Shown piece after piece: positions 1 through 9,841 of a DNA stretch of 29,165 nucleotides. The DNA lies in IMG/VR virus record IMGVR_UViG_3300048851_000189, positions 1-29,165 of that record, one strand, 5' to 3'. How positions within the stretch are numbered: the stretch's first letter is position 1; each line of letters starts with the position of its first letter. The translations under genes and the position numbers were made by a program. The notes below the pieces were generated by a model, which saw nothing but the letters and a program-made list of their open reading frames with translations, searched no databases and was not told the DNA's origin. The DNA is from a virus. Taxonomy: Duplodnaviria; Caudoviricetes.

Positions 1-192
1 TTACCGAAGCACCAAACACCAGGCGAGCACGGGATTGCCGTCGTGGTGGATCCGCCCGGCCCGCATCGCCCTGTCCAGCTCCTTGGTGGGTTCGGGCAGA
101 TTGCCGGTGCGCATATGCAACTCGACCACGGGCAGCCCGTCCGCTGCGAGCAACCACCGCATCTCGTAGAGCAAAAAGCCAAGCTCAGGATC
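1..192 (-). pseudogene. terL: Terminase large subunit C-terminal internal fragment
   Basis: Translation LAADGLPVVELHMRTGNLPEPTKELDRAMRAGRIHHDGNPVLAWCL nearly matches the TerL C-terminal region encoded at 3281-3433. Homology stops abruptly at about nt 12 and nt 192. Confidence 0.85.
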
Positions 193-335
193 GAAAGTCG
201 TTCTGCCGGATGCCACCTCAATACCGCTCAGGGCTCAGAGCAGGTATTAGCCAGTTTTTGTCATAATTCCGGTGGCGCATCGATACGCAAGCACTCTATG
301 TTTTCTCTATCCTAACGGTTTAGGAGGCACTTCTT

Positions 336-1280
336 GTGAGCGTCGTAAGAAAGCACGCGGTTCTCACCTTGATAGCTCTAGCAGCATCAATTCTCCTAAT
401 CTGGTGGATTGACCCTGACGAAAATGGAGGCAAGTTTCTGATTGGTAGCGTTGTGATAGTAGTCAATGCGTTGGGGGCGATCCTGCCAAGCAGCGAGAAG
501 AAAGGGCCGAAGACCGGCACTCGGAGAAAAGGCATTACAAAGAAGGGATTGCCTCCCCTGTTCTTCGTTATTTTAGCTCTGCCTTTTGTATTGGGTGCTT
601 GTGCAGCGACAACCGTACCTGCGGCTCGCGATCGAGGCCTATTGTTGCCTGACAATCAACCGCCAGCGGTTGCTGATAACTCGATTATACCAACTCGGAC
701 GTTTCTGAGCGAAAGCCAAATTCCTCCGCGTCGTCAGGTTGGCTACGGAATTTTCGCCCTTCGCGCAATGGCTAACGCTGAGCACGATGACCGACTGGAA
801 TTTGCATGCAAAGCGTTTCTAGCAGCTCTACCTGAAGGTGGTTCAATCGCGGCCACAGCAAGCAAAGGCCGAATGCCGACAATTTGGCCGGTAAGTGGCG
901 TTACCCTTAGCGGCAACCTCAATGATTGTGACTACCTTCTCAACATATACGACTTATCTGTAAGCCTATCGGCCATTCAGGATGCTCGTAACGCTGGGGT
1001 TTCTGTACGGGGACGAGGTCCGTTTCTAATCGCATGGTCTCAGGCGCGCGGCGCTGCTCCGCAACAAGGATCGACGTTAGTATGGGATCTCTCCTCGGCA
1101 AGTACTATGGAGGACTTCAATGAGGCTATGCTGATATGGCAAGAAGCCGTCACGTCAGACCCAGCTACATGGCAGAATGGCTTCGTGATGGAACGAGTAC
1201 GACTTGCGGTTAGGGATTTTTCCAATCGCTGGGGTAAGACTATTATGTCAACCTTGCCTGGTTTGGTGGTTTCAAGGTGA
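336..1280 (+). CDS. Hypothetical membrane-anchored protein, possible lipoprotein (314 aa)
   Basis: AGGAGG RBS at 322-327 precedes GTG. Two N-terminal hydrophobic segments, a Lys-rich linker, then a third hydrophobic stretch ending in a lipobox-like VLGAC. Globular C-terminal domain. Lower GC than the phage genes. Confidence 0.75.
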   Translation: MSVVRKHAVLTLIALAASILLIWWIDPDENGGKFLIGSVVIVVNALGAILPSSEKKGPKTGTRRKGITKKGLPPLFFVILALPFVLGACAATTVPAARDRGLLLPDNQPPAVADNSIIPTRTFLSESQIPPRRQVGYGIFALRAMANAEHDDRLEFACKAFLAALPEGGSIAATASKGRMPTIWPVSGVTLSGNLNDCDYLLNIYDLSVSLSAIQDARNAGVSVRGRGPFLIAWSQARGAAPQQGSTLVWDLSSASTMEDFNEAMLIWQEAVTSDPATWQNGFVMERVRLAVRDFSNRWGKTIMSTLPGLVVSR

Positions 1281-1383
1281 GGTTGAATATTCGGCTCCCT
1301 TGGAGGTCAATTTTTGTGCAGAGCCGGATTTAGATTATATCCGCATTTGCAGACTCTTCCTTTTAAAGAAAAAGGCGGCAAAA

Positions 1384-2691
1384 TTAGTCGATGCGATACA
1401 TTTGAACGCGCGCTTCTTGGGTGCGTTTTCTTTCTCCGGTCCCTTCTCTTCTCCATAAGCCAAGCATTGTGTCTGAACTCACTAACTTGAATTGGATATT
1501 TTCCCCAGTTGGAAAGGTCCAGTCCAGCTGGCTGCTGCCACTCTTTAGCGCCATTACACGGCGCTGATAATAATCTCCTCCTACGGGGAGAGTTCGCTCG
1601 CTCCTCTCTACGCCGTCTTCAGCGTACTCGCTCTGTGCGAAGATTGTATCTGCAGTCCCCTGACTCACATTCACTGAGAGAACAATAAGCACGTTTTTGC
1701 GCCCGGATCGGCCACTCCACCGTCTGTGGCCGCTGCTCCAGCTCCCGACCAAAAGGTCCGCTGGACTTCCGGTTGATAGCCTTTGAAACCGCAGCTCTCT
1801 AACATTTTCGGGTAGTGGGATACCTTGCGCCGTCGCCTCATCGATTATCCGCGATGTTGGACCAGGCGAAATGCCGGCTGAGCCGCCAGTACGGAAGAAA
1901 AAGGGTGCCTCTAAACTGGAATTGTCCCAGGGCACTTGGCTGCCTGCTGTACTTTGGCGGACCGTACGTCGGACGCGGGTAAGCATATCGCGAATTTCGA
2001 TATCGGGCGTTCCTATGTGCTGCAGCAGTGCCGCCGTAAACGGACTATTTTTTCCCGAGCCGTCCGAGGCGACCTGCCCTGGCGCCGTGGCGAAAGCAAT
2101 GAGAGTCGCCGACGTTGAGGCGACGCTGGCTAGCCCAGTTCCTATCGAACGTGTCGGCGTTCTACTACTAGTTTCCTGACGTCCAGCTTCCGAGCTTGGA
2201 GCTAAAGCGACCGTGAACGGATTGTTGCGGCATGCATCTAAGATAATAAGCGTTGATTTGGCTTTCCCGCTTAAGGCCGATGATATCTCATCGTATGGAA
2301 TGGCAGTCCGTGAAAGGTCATGGTCGGTTCCACGAGCTGACACGGAGGTAGGGAACAGAATGTTCCTTCCTCCTACCTCAGCCGCATGCCCAGCAAAGAA
2401 AAGTAGTGCTGCATCGGCATTTTTCGCGGTCTCACCGAGCCGACGAATTGCTGCCAACATGGCGGCGCGATCTCCGTCGATCAGTAAGTCGACGTGAAAA
2501 CCTAGGCGTTCGAGCACAAGTGCGAGCGCTCGCGCATCGTTGGGCGGGTTAGCGAGAGATGCAATACCTTCTCGATAGGCACCGTTTCCGATAACCAACG
2601 CTACTCGCGATGAGGGTTGGGCTATCGAGACTTCCTGCCAGAACAAAAAGGCAAGCAGCACGAGAGATCCTAGAGCTAAGCGCCGGGTCAT
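1384..2691 (-). CDS. Caspase-family (peptidase C14) protein with signal peptide and unknown C-terminal domain
   Basis: Motifs RVALVIGNGAY, LANPPNDA, FFAGHA (catalytic His), ILDACRNNP (catalytic Cys), IAFATAPG, NSPFT and QVPW. Start placed at ATG 2691 (MTRRLALGSLVLLAFLF..., signal-like, AGGA upstream); the ORF is open to 2775. Confidence 0.9.
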   Translation of the reverse strand: MTRRLALGSLVLLAFLFWQEVSIAQPSSRVALVIGNGAYREGIASLANPPNDARALALVLERLGFHVDLLIDGDRAAMLAAIRRLGETAKNADAALLFFAGHAAEVGGRNILFPTSVSARGTDHDLSRTAIPYDEISSALSGKAKSTLIILDACRNNPFTVALAPSSEAGRQETSSRTPTRSIGTGLASVASTSATLIAFATAPGQVASDGSGKNSPFTAALLQHIGTPDIEIRDMLTRVRRTVRQSTAGSQVPWDNSSLEAPFFFRTGGSAGISPGPTSRIIDEATAQGIPLPENVRELRFQRLSTGSPADLLVGSWSSGHRRWSGRSGRKNVLIVLSVNVSQGTADTIFAQSEYAEDGVERSERTLPVGGDYYQRRVMALKSGSSQLDWTFPTGENIQFKLVSSDTMLGLWRREGTGERKRTQEARVQMYRID

Positions 2692-3110
2692 CGTGATCGT
2701 CCTAAGTCCAACTTTGGTCATTTGAAGCGACAGAGAGGCGGCAGAGCGGGGTAATCGGCTAGGCTGCTGCGGCACGAACAGACGCCGCGATGCTTCGCTT
2801 GCCGTTCTGCGTTGCCGCAGTCATTCTGAGCGTCGCAGCTCTATTTTCCCAGCGGAATCAGCGATAAGCGGAGGTACTTATGAATGGCGCTGTCCTGGCA
2901 GCGGGTAGGCGCACCCACCTCGACCTTATCAGCTCGCGGCAGGGGCCGGTTTGGTGATCGCACTGATCACGCCATACCCCTTCGGCCTGCTCTCTACCGG
3001 TACCGGACTGGTGGTGCAGCCCAGATTCTTGGAGGGGCCTACCGCCGCGGGCAGTGCCTGGTACCTTTGCCACGCCGCCTGATGCTCGAATCTGAGCTAA
3101 GTGCTCACCC

Positions 3111-4520
3111 CTACCCAAATACTGGATTCCTCAAGAACTCGCCTATGCTCGTCTCCGGCTCTGCCGCCATGGCGCTACCCAGCGCCATGATCAGTGCGAC
3201 TGCCGCATCGATCTTCTGCTCAGGCCGCGCCTTGCGAGGATAAACGTTGCCGCGCGCGTCGTAGTGCCCGACCACATTCCCCAGACACCAGACGAGCACA
3301 GGATTTCCGTCGTGGCGGATCCGCCCAGCCCGCATTGCTCCGTCCAGCTCCTTGGTCGGCTCGGAGAGGTTGCCCGTGCGCATGTGGAACTCGACCACGG
3401 GCAGCCCGTCAGCGGCGAGCGACTGCCGCATCTGCCGCGCTTGCCAGGGATCAAAAGCCAAGCTCAGGATCTTATGCTGCTCAGCCAGGTTGCGGATGTC
3501 GTCCTCGATGCTGCGCATATCCGTCTCGTTACCGGCGGTGACCGCCAGCCAACCCTCCGCCGCCCAGCCGGGATAGCTGGCGTTACGCGCCTCGAGCACC
3601 GCAGCCTCGTTTTGATAGCAGCGGGCAAAGACGTCATAGTGCGGCCGGCCGTCCGGCCCTTCCGAGGGGAATACGATGGCCAGCGCCGTCAGATCCACCG
3701 TCGCCGCAAGATCAACAGCCACATGGCAGGGCTGGCCCAGGAACTGCTCCAGACTGAGTGCCGGGTCGCCGCAGCTCTGCCAGGCGCGACTGCTGAACAG
3801 CGCCTCGTCCGCGCCGACCCAGACATTCAGATGCCGGGTTTGGGCGGCGGCCTCCTGCGCCGGATTGTTCCTGGCCTGACGCATGATAGCCCGGACAGCA
3901 TCAGGCTGTACCGCCTGACCCCAGGAGGGGTTGGCCTTGATCCAGGAGGCCTCCGCCCAGGGGTCGTCCTCCTCGTCGATGGTATAGATCAGCGCGAACA
4001 GCCGCTCGTCCTGCTGCAGCCCCTGCAGTACACGGAGGGAATAGTCCCAGAGCTGGCGCCCAATGCCGGCATGGTTCCCCGTGGCAGTGCTGATGCTCAG
4101 CAGCAGGGGGTGGCGCCGCTTGCCCATGGCGGTGAGCAGCACGTCATAGACTTCTGAGGTCCGGTGGCTGGCCAGCTCGTCACAAACGGCCACGGTGACG
4201 TTCAGCCCGTCGAGAGACTTGGCGTCCGACGAGACTGGTGCAAAGCGGCTGGCGGTGTGCTCTTGGTAGACGGCGTTCGCCCGCTCCGCGACGCCAAAGG
4301 CCTCCCGGAACCCAGGACTACGACGCACCATCTGCTGGGCGGCATCAAACAGGATCCGCGCCTGATCCCGGGTCACGGCGGCGGCGTAGCCTTCAGCGCC
4401 ACCCTCGCCCTCGATAAAGGTGAGGTAGAGGGCGATGGGCGCCGCGAAGGTGGTCTTGCCATTGCCGCGGGGCACATAGACCACGCCCTGCCGGAACCGG
4501 CGGGTGGTGGTGCCGCGCTC
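3111..4520 (-). pseudogene. terL: 5'-truncated phage terminase large subunit (HK97-like Terminase_1 family)
   Basis: RRFRQGVVYVPRGNGKTT (Walker A), AVCDELASH (Walker B), KANPSWG, AVDLA, FDPWQA and KIDAAVALIMA. Upstream of about 4520 the frame is only the antisense of the acidic + strand ORF, so the native N-terminus is missing. Confidence 0.85.
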
Positions 4521-4913
4521 ATGGACAAGGCGCAGGCGCTCGCCCTGACCTATGCCGATGCAGGTGGCGGCGCTGCCGGTATCGGTGCCGCACGATCCTT
4601 CGCCACCCGCCACAGCATCAAACTCGGCGATCCGACCGTCCGCCTGATCGAGGCGCTTCTGCGCGCCGCCCCGCCCGCTGTGCGACGGGAGAAAAACGCA
4701 GTGGCAGAGAAATTCGCCGAGTTCCGAGCGTGGCACGCCATGCTCCTGCCAGTGTTCGGCCTGACGCCGCCCGATTGGACGGAAAAGAAGCCTGACCAGG
4801 CTGTGCTCGACCTCCTCGCGAAGACGGCAACGCCCAGCGCCGAAGACGCTGAAGAGGCGGAGACTGACGACGAGGAGGAAGAGGACGCGGAGGACGATGA
4901 GGACGAGGAGTGA
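4521..4913 (+). pseudogene. C-terminal remnant of a larger gene with D/E-rich tail, possibly a DUF1156-type DNA methyltransferase C-terminus
   Basis: MDKAQALALTYADAGGGAAGIGAARSF...EEEEDAEDDEDEE. No RBS, and it begins exactly at the terL breakpoint. Its stop overlaps the next start (GTGA). The family guess rests on recalled similarity and on its position before a PLD-SNF2 gene. Confidence 0.5.
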
Positions 4914-6238
4914 GCAACCCACCGCACTCCGTGCTCGATCAGCTGCTCGCGCTCCCGGTCAGCGGGGAGGCGTTCCTCTTACGTCGGCGTGGGCATGCTG
5001 TGCTCGTGGATGGCGGCTGGAAGAAGGACAAGGTCGCAGCTGTCATTGGTGCACATCTTCCAGCGCTGAGGACGCTGGATATTGTTGTCTGCACACATGG
5101 CGACGGCGATCATGCCGGTGGCCTACCCGAACTGCTGAGGCGGTGGCCCGGCCGCATTGGACAAGTGTGGTTGCCGGGACGATGGGTTGAAGTCGTGCCA
5201 GAGCTCATGAAGGATCCAAAGGGCTTCGTGGACAACCTGGTCCAGCAACTCGATACCATCATCCGCGACAACGCGCCCGATCCGATCGTTCAGTCGCAGC
5301 TTGATCGCTCGGGGGAGTTTTTGGGGTCTGCCTTTCCTGAGATCCCTCAACGCCAAGAGGATGCGCCGAGGGATCCGGAGTCTGATGAACCCGAAGTCGC
5401 TGAGGCTGATGGGTGGTTCGGCAAGGTTTGGGATGACCACGAGATTGATCTCGACGCAACGGAGCCGACGGAAGACCTCCCTTGGTTTGCTGAACTGAGG
5501 GACGCCAAGGGGTTGGCGACTGAGAAAGTCGCGTCCGCGGCACTCCAATCCGCAAGGGCACGCATCGGCTACCGAAAGAAGAAGCGCCGCATCACTGCGA
5601 GCACTGCTTCAGCTTGGCTTGGCATGATCGATACTGTGGAAGCGATAAGGGGCATCGCTGCCGCGGCAATCGCTCGGCGCCTAAGGGTCCGGTGGTTCGA
5701 CTACCAGTCGTTTTCCAACACGAGGCGGCCAAATGGCGGTGTGCGCGGCTTTCTTGAGCCAATCAACGCTAGAGAGCAGCCCCCGGAACCGCTGACGCTG
5801 AGCTTCCTTATGAGGCTGACGATCATCAACCGGCAGAGTCTCGTATTCTTTGCGCCTCCTAAGTTGTCTCGCCTGGGGGTTCTCTTCTGCGGGGATTCGC
5901 CACTCGGCGACGGCCGCCGGTTCGGCCAGTCATTCCTGAGGCACACAGCGCGCCCGACACTGCCGATCGTGGCAACGGCTCCGCATCACGGCGCCGAGAC
6001 AAATCGATCCGCATACGACCACATGCGTAAGTGGGCAGACGTAGTTGTCCTGCTGCGAGCGGGCGGTGATAGCGATCAACCTGGCGCGACGTTCAGGTCG
6101 CTCGGCTGGCCATTCAAGGTCTGTGCGACGTGCCCAAGAAGCGGTCGCGCCCCGCATCTTGCCGGCGTCGCTGGCCCCGGAAAGCATCCTTGGTTTCCAT
6201 CAGCCATTATCGTGGGGTTGCCCTGTGGCTGCACATAG
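4910..6238 (+). CDS. MBL-fold metallo-hydrolase (ComEC/Rec2-like putative nuclease)
   Basis: VLVDGG, VVCTHGDGDHAGG (HxDxDH metal motif), LFCGDS and TAPHHGA. Acidic insert in the middle and Cys-containing C-terminus. Confidence 0.85.
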   Translation: MSNPPHSVLDQLLALPVSGEAFLLRRRGHAVLVDGGWKKDKVAAVIGAHLPALRTLDIVVCTHGDGDHAGGLPELLRRWPGRIGQVWLPGRWVEVVPELMKDPKGFVDNLVQQLDTIIRDNAPDPIVQSQLDRSGEFLGSAFPEIPQRQEDAPRDPESDEPEVAEADGWFGKVWDDHEIDLDATEPTEDLPWFAELRDAKGLATEKVASAALQSARARIGYRKKKRRITASTASAWLGMIDTVEAIRGIAAAAIARRLRVRWFDYQSFSNTRRPNGGVRGFLEPINAREQPPEPLTLSFLMRLTIINRQSLVFFAPPKLSRLGVLFCGDSPLGDGRRFGQSFLRHTARPTLPIVATAPHHGAETNRSAYDHMRKWADVVVLLRAGGDSDQPGATFRSLGWPFKVCATCPRSGRAPHLAGVAGPGKHPWFPSAIIVGLPCGCT

Positions 6239-6289
6239 CTTCGCAACCGGATGGCGTCCTGCATCCTTCTTCGGCACGGGAGCTAACGC

Positions 6290-9200
6290 GTGAGCTCCAT
6301 CGCACCTCCATCCCTCAGAGAAGTTACATGGCCGCGCTTTCTCCGGGCGCCGGACGGCCAGTTGGTTGCCCGGCTTTACGAGCCTGGGCTGCGCCGAGCG
6401 GTGCGCTACGATCGCTGCTGCGCCTACTTCTCCTCCTCCGTCCTGGCAGCCGCGGCTTCCGGCTTCGGCGCCTTCATCCAGCGCATTGTGGACGGCGCCA
6501 TTACCCAGAAGCCTGCACTGCGCCTGCTAGTGAACGAGGAACTGGCTGAGCCCGATGTGCGAGCGCTGTTGGATGCCGGTGACGACGCACCGCTGATCGG
6601 AGCCCTGCTCGCGCGGCTTGGCACGCCCGAGACCGCCCTCCAAAAGGGCCGGCTCGAGATGCTGGCTTGGCTGGCCCGCGATGGCTGTCTGGAGATGAAG
6701 GTCGGCGTGATGCGCCACGCCGACGGCATCCTGCACGCTAAGTTTGGGCTGTTCGTGGACGCCGCCGACGAAGCAGTGATTTTCGCGGGCAGTGGCAACG
6801 AAAGTGCCAAGGGCATCCGGGGTAATTACGAAAAGCTCGAAATCAGCCGAAGCTGGGACGACCCGGAGCGTTACGCGCATTTCCGCGACGAGTTTGACCT
6901 GCTGTGGTCCGGTGATGATCCGGCCGTCGTGGCGGTCTCGCTGCCCGACGCGGTGCGCGACGCGTTGATCAAGCTGGCGCCGGAAGCACCGCCCCTGGCG
7001 GAACCCGAAGACAATCTGCGCCGTCAGCGGGCAGCAATGCTGTGGGGCTATGCTGTCGAAGCACCCTACATGCCGGAGGGCGGCCCTGCGACCAGCGACG
7101 CCATGGCCCCCGTCACGCTCTGGCCGCACCAGCGACATGTGGTGGCAGAGACGGCCGCCGCGTGGCCCGAGGGCCGCCTACTCTGCGATGAGGTCGGCAT
7201 GGGCAAGACAGTGGAGGCGATCCTTGCGCTGCGCCGGCTGCTCGCGGGCCGCGGCGTAAAGCGCGCGCTGCTCCTGCCGCCCGCCAACCTGCTCCCGCAG
7301 TGGCAGGGCGAACTGCGCGAGAAGGGGGGCCTGCGAGTGCCGCGGATGGAAGGCCCGAAGACGCTCGTCTGGCCTGACGGAACAAAGCAGGTGGTCTCTG
7401 GCCTAGCCGAGGCGCTGGACCAGCCCCTGCTGCTGCTAAGCCGCGAGACAGCCCGGTCCGAGGGCAACTTGCCGGCGCTGCTTGCTGCGCCTCCCTGGGA
7501 CCTCGTGCTGCTGGACGAAGGCCACGCCGCCCGACGCGCTAGCCAGATCGAGGGCGAGTTCAACACGCCGACCCTGCTTCTCGGACTGCTGCGGCAGATG
7601 CAGATCACGGGCCAGGCGCGCAGCTTCATGATCCTTTCGGCGACGCCGATGCAGACGCATCCCTGGGAGCCTTGGGACCTGCTCCAGGTGCTGGGTGAAG
7701 GTGGGCTGTGGCTTTCCGGCTTCCACGTCGTGAAGCGGTTCTATGAGGCACTTGCCAGCTTGGAACGCGGAGCCTTGCCGCGGAGCGAGGGCATCGCGCT
7801 GGCTCACATCCTTGCAGCGACGCCACACTGTCCGCCGGCGCCGGGCGGCCTCGGATTGCCGCGCATTGATGATGCCGACGCCTTTGCGAAGGCGCTGCGG
7901 TTCCTGCCTCCGGTATTCCGCCAGGACGCTGTGCGCTGGCTGCGTACCTGCTCGCCACTCGCGAGGCGGATGCATCGCAATACGCGGCGGACGCTGCGCA
8001 AGTACTTCGACATGGGCCTGCTGGACCGGCCGCCGCCGACCCGTGCCGTCACGGACGATCCGTTCGATTTTGAGACTGCGGAGGAGCGCGAGGTCTATGA
8101 GGCGGTGACGAGCTACATCGATCGCCGCTTCGACGAATTGGAGAATCAGAAGCCTGGCAAGGGCTTCGTGATGACGATCTATCGTCGCCGTGCTGCCAGC
8201 TCCCCGGTGGCGCTACGTAAAAGCCTGGAACGGCGCGCGACAGGTCTGAAGGCGGTGATCGCGCAGCACGCACCGGACCCGAGCATTCTCGACCTAGAAG
8301 ACGCGCAAGAGCTCGAGGACCTGCTGAATGTGAAGCTGACCTCAGCGTTGCCTGAGACGCCCGAGGAAGCGCGTGCAGAACTTGGGGAAGTCGAAGACCT
8401 GCTCGAACGGATTGCGGCGCTCGGCGCCCTGGATACCAAGCGCGACCGGCTGGTGGCCCGAACCAAGCAGCTCACTGGCGACGGTCGCGGCGTGCTGATC
8501 TTCACTGGCTACTCTGACACGATGGCGTATCTGCGGGATGCCCTGGTCGGTGCCTTTGGCGCGTCGGTGGCTTCCTATTCCGGCGAGGGCGGTGCCCTGA
8601 GATCGGGGAACGGCTGGGTTTATGCTTCGAAGGAAGTCGTCACCAAGGCGCTCCGGGACGGCACGATTAAAGTTTTGGTTTGCACGGACGCGGCCAGTGA
8701 GGGGCTGAACCTTCAAGCCGCCGGCGCCTTGGTCAACTTTGACCTGCCGTGGAACCCGTCGAAGGTCGAACAGCGGATCGGCCGCATCGGACAGGAGCTT
8801 CCTGTCCTGCCAGTGGTCAATCTCTACCTGAAGCACAGCGTGGACGAGCGAGTGTACCGGGCGCTGGCGTCGCGCTGCGGCCTGTTCGAGACCTTCGTGG
8901 GCCCGATGCAGCCGGTGCTTTCGCAGGCGCTCCGGATGCTGATCGGCCGCGCGGAGGTTGACGAAGAAGCGCTGGCCCGAGCGGCGGACGAGATCCGGAC
9001 TAATCCCACGTTGATGCAGGCATTTCCCGAAGACGAGCCGGTTCCTATGTTGGCCGAGACTGGCCTCGTGTCAGCGAGCGATACTGAAGCATTGCTGGTG
9101 GCTCTGCATGGAACAGGTGTGCGGGTGACGGCGGAGAGCAACGCCCTGCATCGGATCGGGGACGGTCCCCTCCGCCTGGTAACCCATCCATCTGCAATCA

Positions 9201-9841
9201 CCGCCAGCCCGGAGGCCGCCTGCGTGGACGGGCTGGATCAGCGTCAACACGCATTGTGCCGGCAGCTACAGCAACCTGGTGAGCGACTGCCACTGCTTCT
9301 GGTTTCGGCTGAGGCGGGTGCCTTTCGGGTCACGCTGTGCGCGTGGTTGGGTGGCGAGGGGATGCGGGAGGTCAGGTCCTTCGCCGACCTCAAGGCTTTC
9401 GTGGCGTCTTGGGATGGCAAGGAGGCCCCAACGGGAGCCTGGCAGGCCGCGCGTACAGAGCTGCGCCTCGCTGCGCAGAGCAAGGTCGCAGATATGGCTA
9501 ACCGTTCCGCGACCGCGGCTGCATCGAAAGCCGCAGCCCAGAATGAAGCTGCACGGCTTCGGTTGGTCGACGAGCTCGGCCGGCTCCTGATCTGCTTTGA
9601 GCCGGATATCGACGATCTGAATGGCAAATTTCATCGACTAGCGACCGACCAAACTCCGACTGCTCATCGGCTCCAGAATGTATTTGGGCGGCTTGGGGGC
9701 TACCCGGATTGGGGAGGCCACCACATCGCCGACCTCCGCGAGTTTCGAGCGAACCTCGGTCCGAGCCAGGTCAAGACTCGGCTCACTGGCCGGGAGTTGG
9801 ATGCAGCATTAGCAGACCCGCGATGGGGTAAGCCGCAGTGA
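6290..9841 (+). CDS. PLD-like nuclease domain fused to SNF2-family helicase (1183 aa)
   Basis: N-terminal LHAKFGLFVD...FAGSGNES (PLD-type). Helicase motifs LLCDEVGMGKT, LLDEGH, LSATP, TDAASEGLNLQ and FDLPWNPSKVEQRIGR. Confidence 0.92.
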   Translation: MSSIAPPSLREVTWPRFLRAPDGQLVARLYEPGLRRAVRYDRCCAYFSSSVLAAAASGFGAFIQRIVDGAITQKPALRLLVNEELAEPDVRALLDAGDDAPLIGALLARLGTPETALQKGRLEMLAWLARDGCLEMKVGVMRHADGILHAKFGLFVDAADEAVIFAGSGNESAKGIRGNYEKLEISRSWDDPERYAHFRDEFDLLWSGDDPAVVAVSLPDAVRDALIKLAPEAPPLAEPEDNLRRQRAAMLWGYAVEAPYMPEGGPATSDAMAPVTLWPHQRHVVAETAAAWPEGRLLCDEVGMGKTVEAILALRRLLAGRGVKRALLLPPANLLPQWQGELREKGGLRVPRMEGPKTLVWPDGTKQVVSGLAEALDQPLLLLSRETARSEGNLPALLAAPPWDLVLLDEGHAARRASQIEGEFNTPTLLLGLLRQMQITGQARSFMILSATPMQTHPWEPWDLLQVLGEGGLWLSGFHVVKRFYEALASLERGALPRSEGIALAHILAATPHCPPAPGGLGLPRIDDADAFAKALRFLPPVFRQDAVRWLRTCSPLARRMHRNTRRTLRKYFDMGLLDRPPPTRAVTDDPFDFETAEEREVYEAVTSYIDRRFDELENQKPGKGFVMTIYRRRAASSPVALRKSLERRATGLKAVIAQHAPDPSILDLEDAQELEDLLNVKLTSALPETPEEARAELGEVEDLLERIAALGALDTKRDRLVARTKQLTGDGRGVLIFTGYSDTMAYLRDALVGAFGASVASYSGEGGALRSGNGWVYASKEVVTKALRDGTIKVLVCTDAASEGLNLQAAGALVNFDLPWNPSKVEQRIGRIGQELPVLPVVNLYLKHSVDERVYRALASRCGLFETFVGPMQPVLSQALRMLIGRAEVDEEALARAADEIRTNPTLMQAFPEDEPVPMLAETGLVSASDTEALLVALHGTGVRVTAESNALHRIGDGPLRLVTHPSAITASPEAACVDGLDQRQHALCRQLQQPGERLPLLLVSAEAGAFRVTLCAWLGGEGMREVRSFADLKAFVASWDGKEAPTGAWQAARTELRLAAQSKVADMANRSATAAASKAAAQNEAARLRLVDELGRLLICFEPDIDDLNGKFHRLATDQTPTAHRLQNVFGRLGGYPDWGGHHIADLREFRANLGPSQVKTRLTGRELDAALADPRWGKPQ

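Noticed and set aside
2858-3243. Short ORFs between the caspase and terL, including a frame reading VVQPRF...SAWYL faintly like a capsid motif
   Set aside because: No start or RBS support, and the similarity is too short to call without a search.
4164-4520. 5' part of the 249-aa plus-strand ORF
   Set aside because: Antisense shadow of terL; only the part from 4521 looks like real coding sequence.
4521-4922. N-terminal 130 aa of the 603-aa minus-strand ORF, appearing as a hydrophobic extension on TerL
   Set aside because: The Leu/Val/Phe run is the antisense of the GAG/GAC acidic tail on the plus strand. It is a junction artefact, not a membrane-anchored terminase.
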